Assembly (NCBI RefSeq): GCF_009914755.1
Contig: NC_060927.1
DNA length: 64,000 bases
Strand: one strand, 5' to 3'
DNA from: the human T2T-CHM13v2.0 reference genome, Homo sapiens
In this document: piece by piece, positions 63,370 to 64,000 of the stretch
Numbering within the stretch: position 1 is the first letter of the stretch
Layout: each line of letters opens with the position of its first letter
Position numbers and translations under genes: made by a program
Notes under the pieces: generated by a model
What the model was told of the DNA's origin: nothing
Seen by the model: the letters and a program-made list of their open reading frames with translations, nothing else
The model's database searches: none

Positions 63370-64000
63370 TTAAGTTAGCTTTAAGCCTTAAAGTTTAAAG
63401 AATTGTGGTCCTAAATACTTGACTGTGACCAGGTGTGGTGGCTCATGCCTGTAACCCAGCACTTTGGGAGGCCAACGTGGGAGAATTGCTTGAGCCCAGT
63501 TCGAGACCAGCCTGGGCAACATAGTGAGACCCCCATCTCTATGAAAAATTTTTTGCTGGGCACAATGGCGTGTACCCCGTAGTCCCAGCTGCTTGGGAAG
63601 CTGAGATGGTAGGATCACTTGAGCTTGGGAGGTTGAGGCTGCAGTGAGCTGTGATTGTACCACTTCAGCCTGAGTAACAGAGCAAGACCATGACTCGAAA
63701 AAAAAAGAAAAAAAGCACAAAAAACCTTGGCTCTTACGTTATAAAATGTAGTTGGAGTTAGACTTAAATAGGCAGAATATCTTTCTTTTGTCTTTGCCTA
63801 TGAATTTCTAAGTAATCCTGTCTATATGATGGGTGACAAAAGAAACTGGACTTGACATCATAACCTGAGACACTAATGGTATTATGTAAGCATGTTACTT
63901 GCTGTAGACCCTTTTGGTGGCACTTGTGTGAAGTGGTGTAGTTTGCTTTCCTTGAAGCATGTATTTACTAAGAGAAGCTGGAAATTACATGACTAGAAAG

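Overview
Human (primate) genomic DNA, very rich in Alu and L1 repeats, recognisable as the SERP1/EIF2A locus (3q25 from memory). Positions 1-29000 are intergenic: nested L1, Alu, MER and LTR elements, a degraded processed pseudogene of eIF1A (EIF1AX/Y family, ~14.5-16.9 kb) and an orphan GC-rich element (~7.6-8.0 kb). SERP1/RAMP4 lies complete on the minus strand (3 coding exons, 66 aa, long 3' UTR). It shares a short CpG-island bidirectional promoter with EIF2A on the plus strand; EIF2A coding exons 1-11 (codons 1-499) are present and the gene continues past the window. Nearly all other ORFs in the track are Alu/L1 artefacts. I found no convincing wholly new system. The best leads are regulatory: an exact ERSE (CCAAT-N9-CCACG) plus a UPRE-like site in the shared promoter, pyrimidine-rich TCT/TOP-like starts facing both ways, in-frame near-cognate starts upstream of SERP1, a stop-free 3n intron in EIF2A, and miR-1/miR-124 site clusters split by alternative polyadenylation in SERP1.
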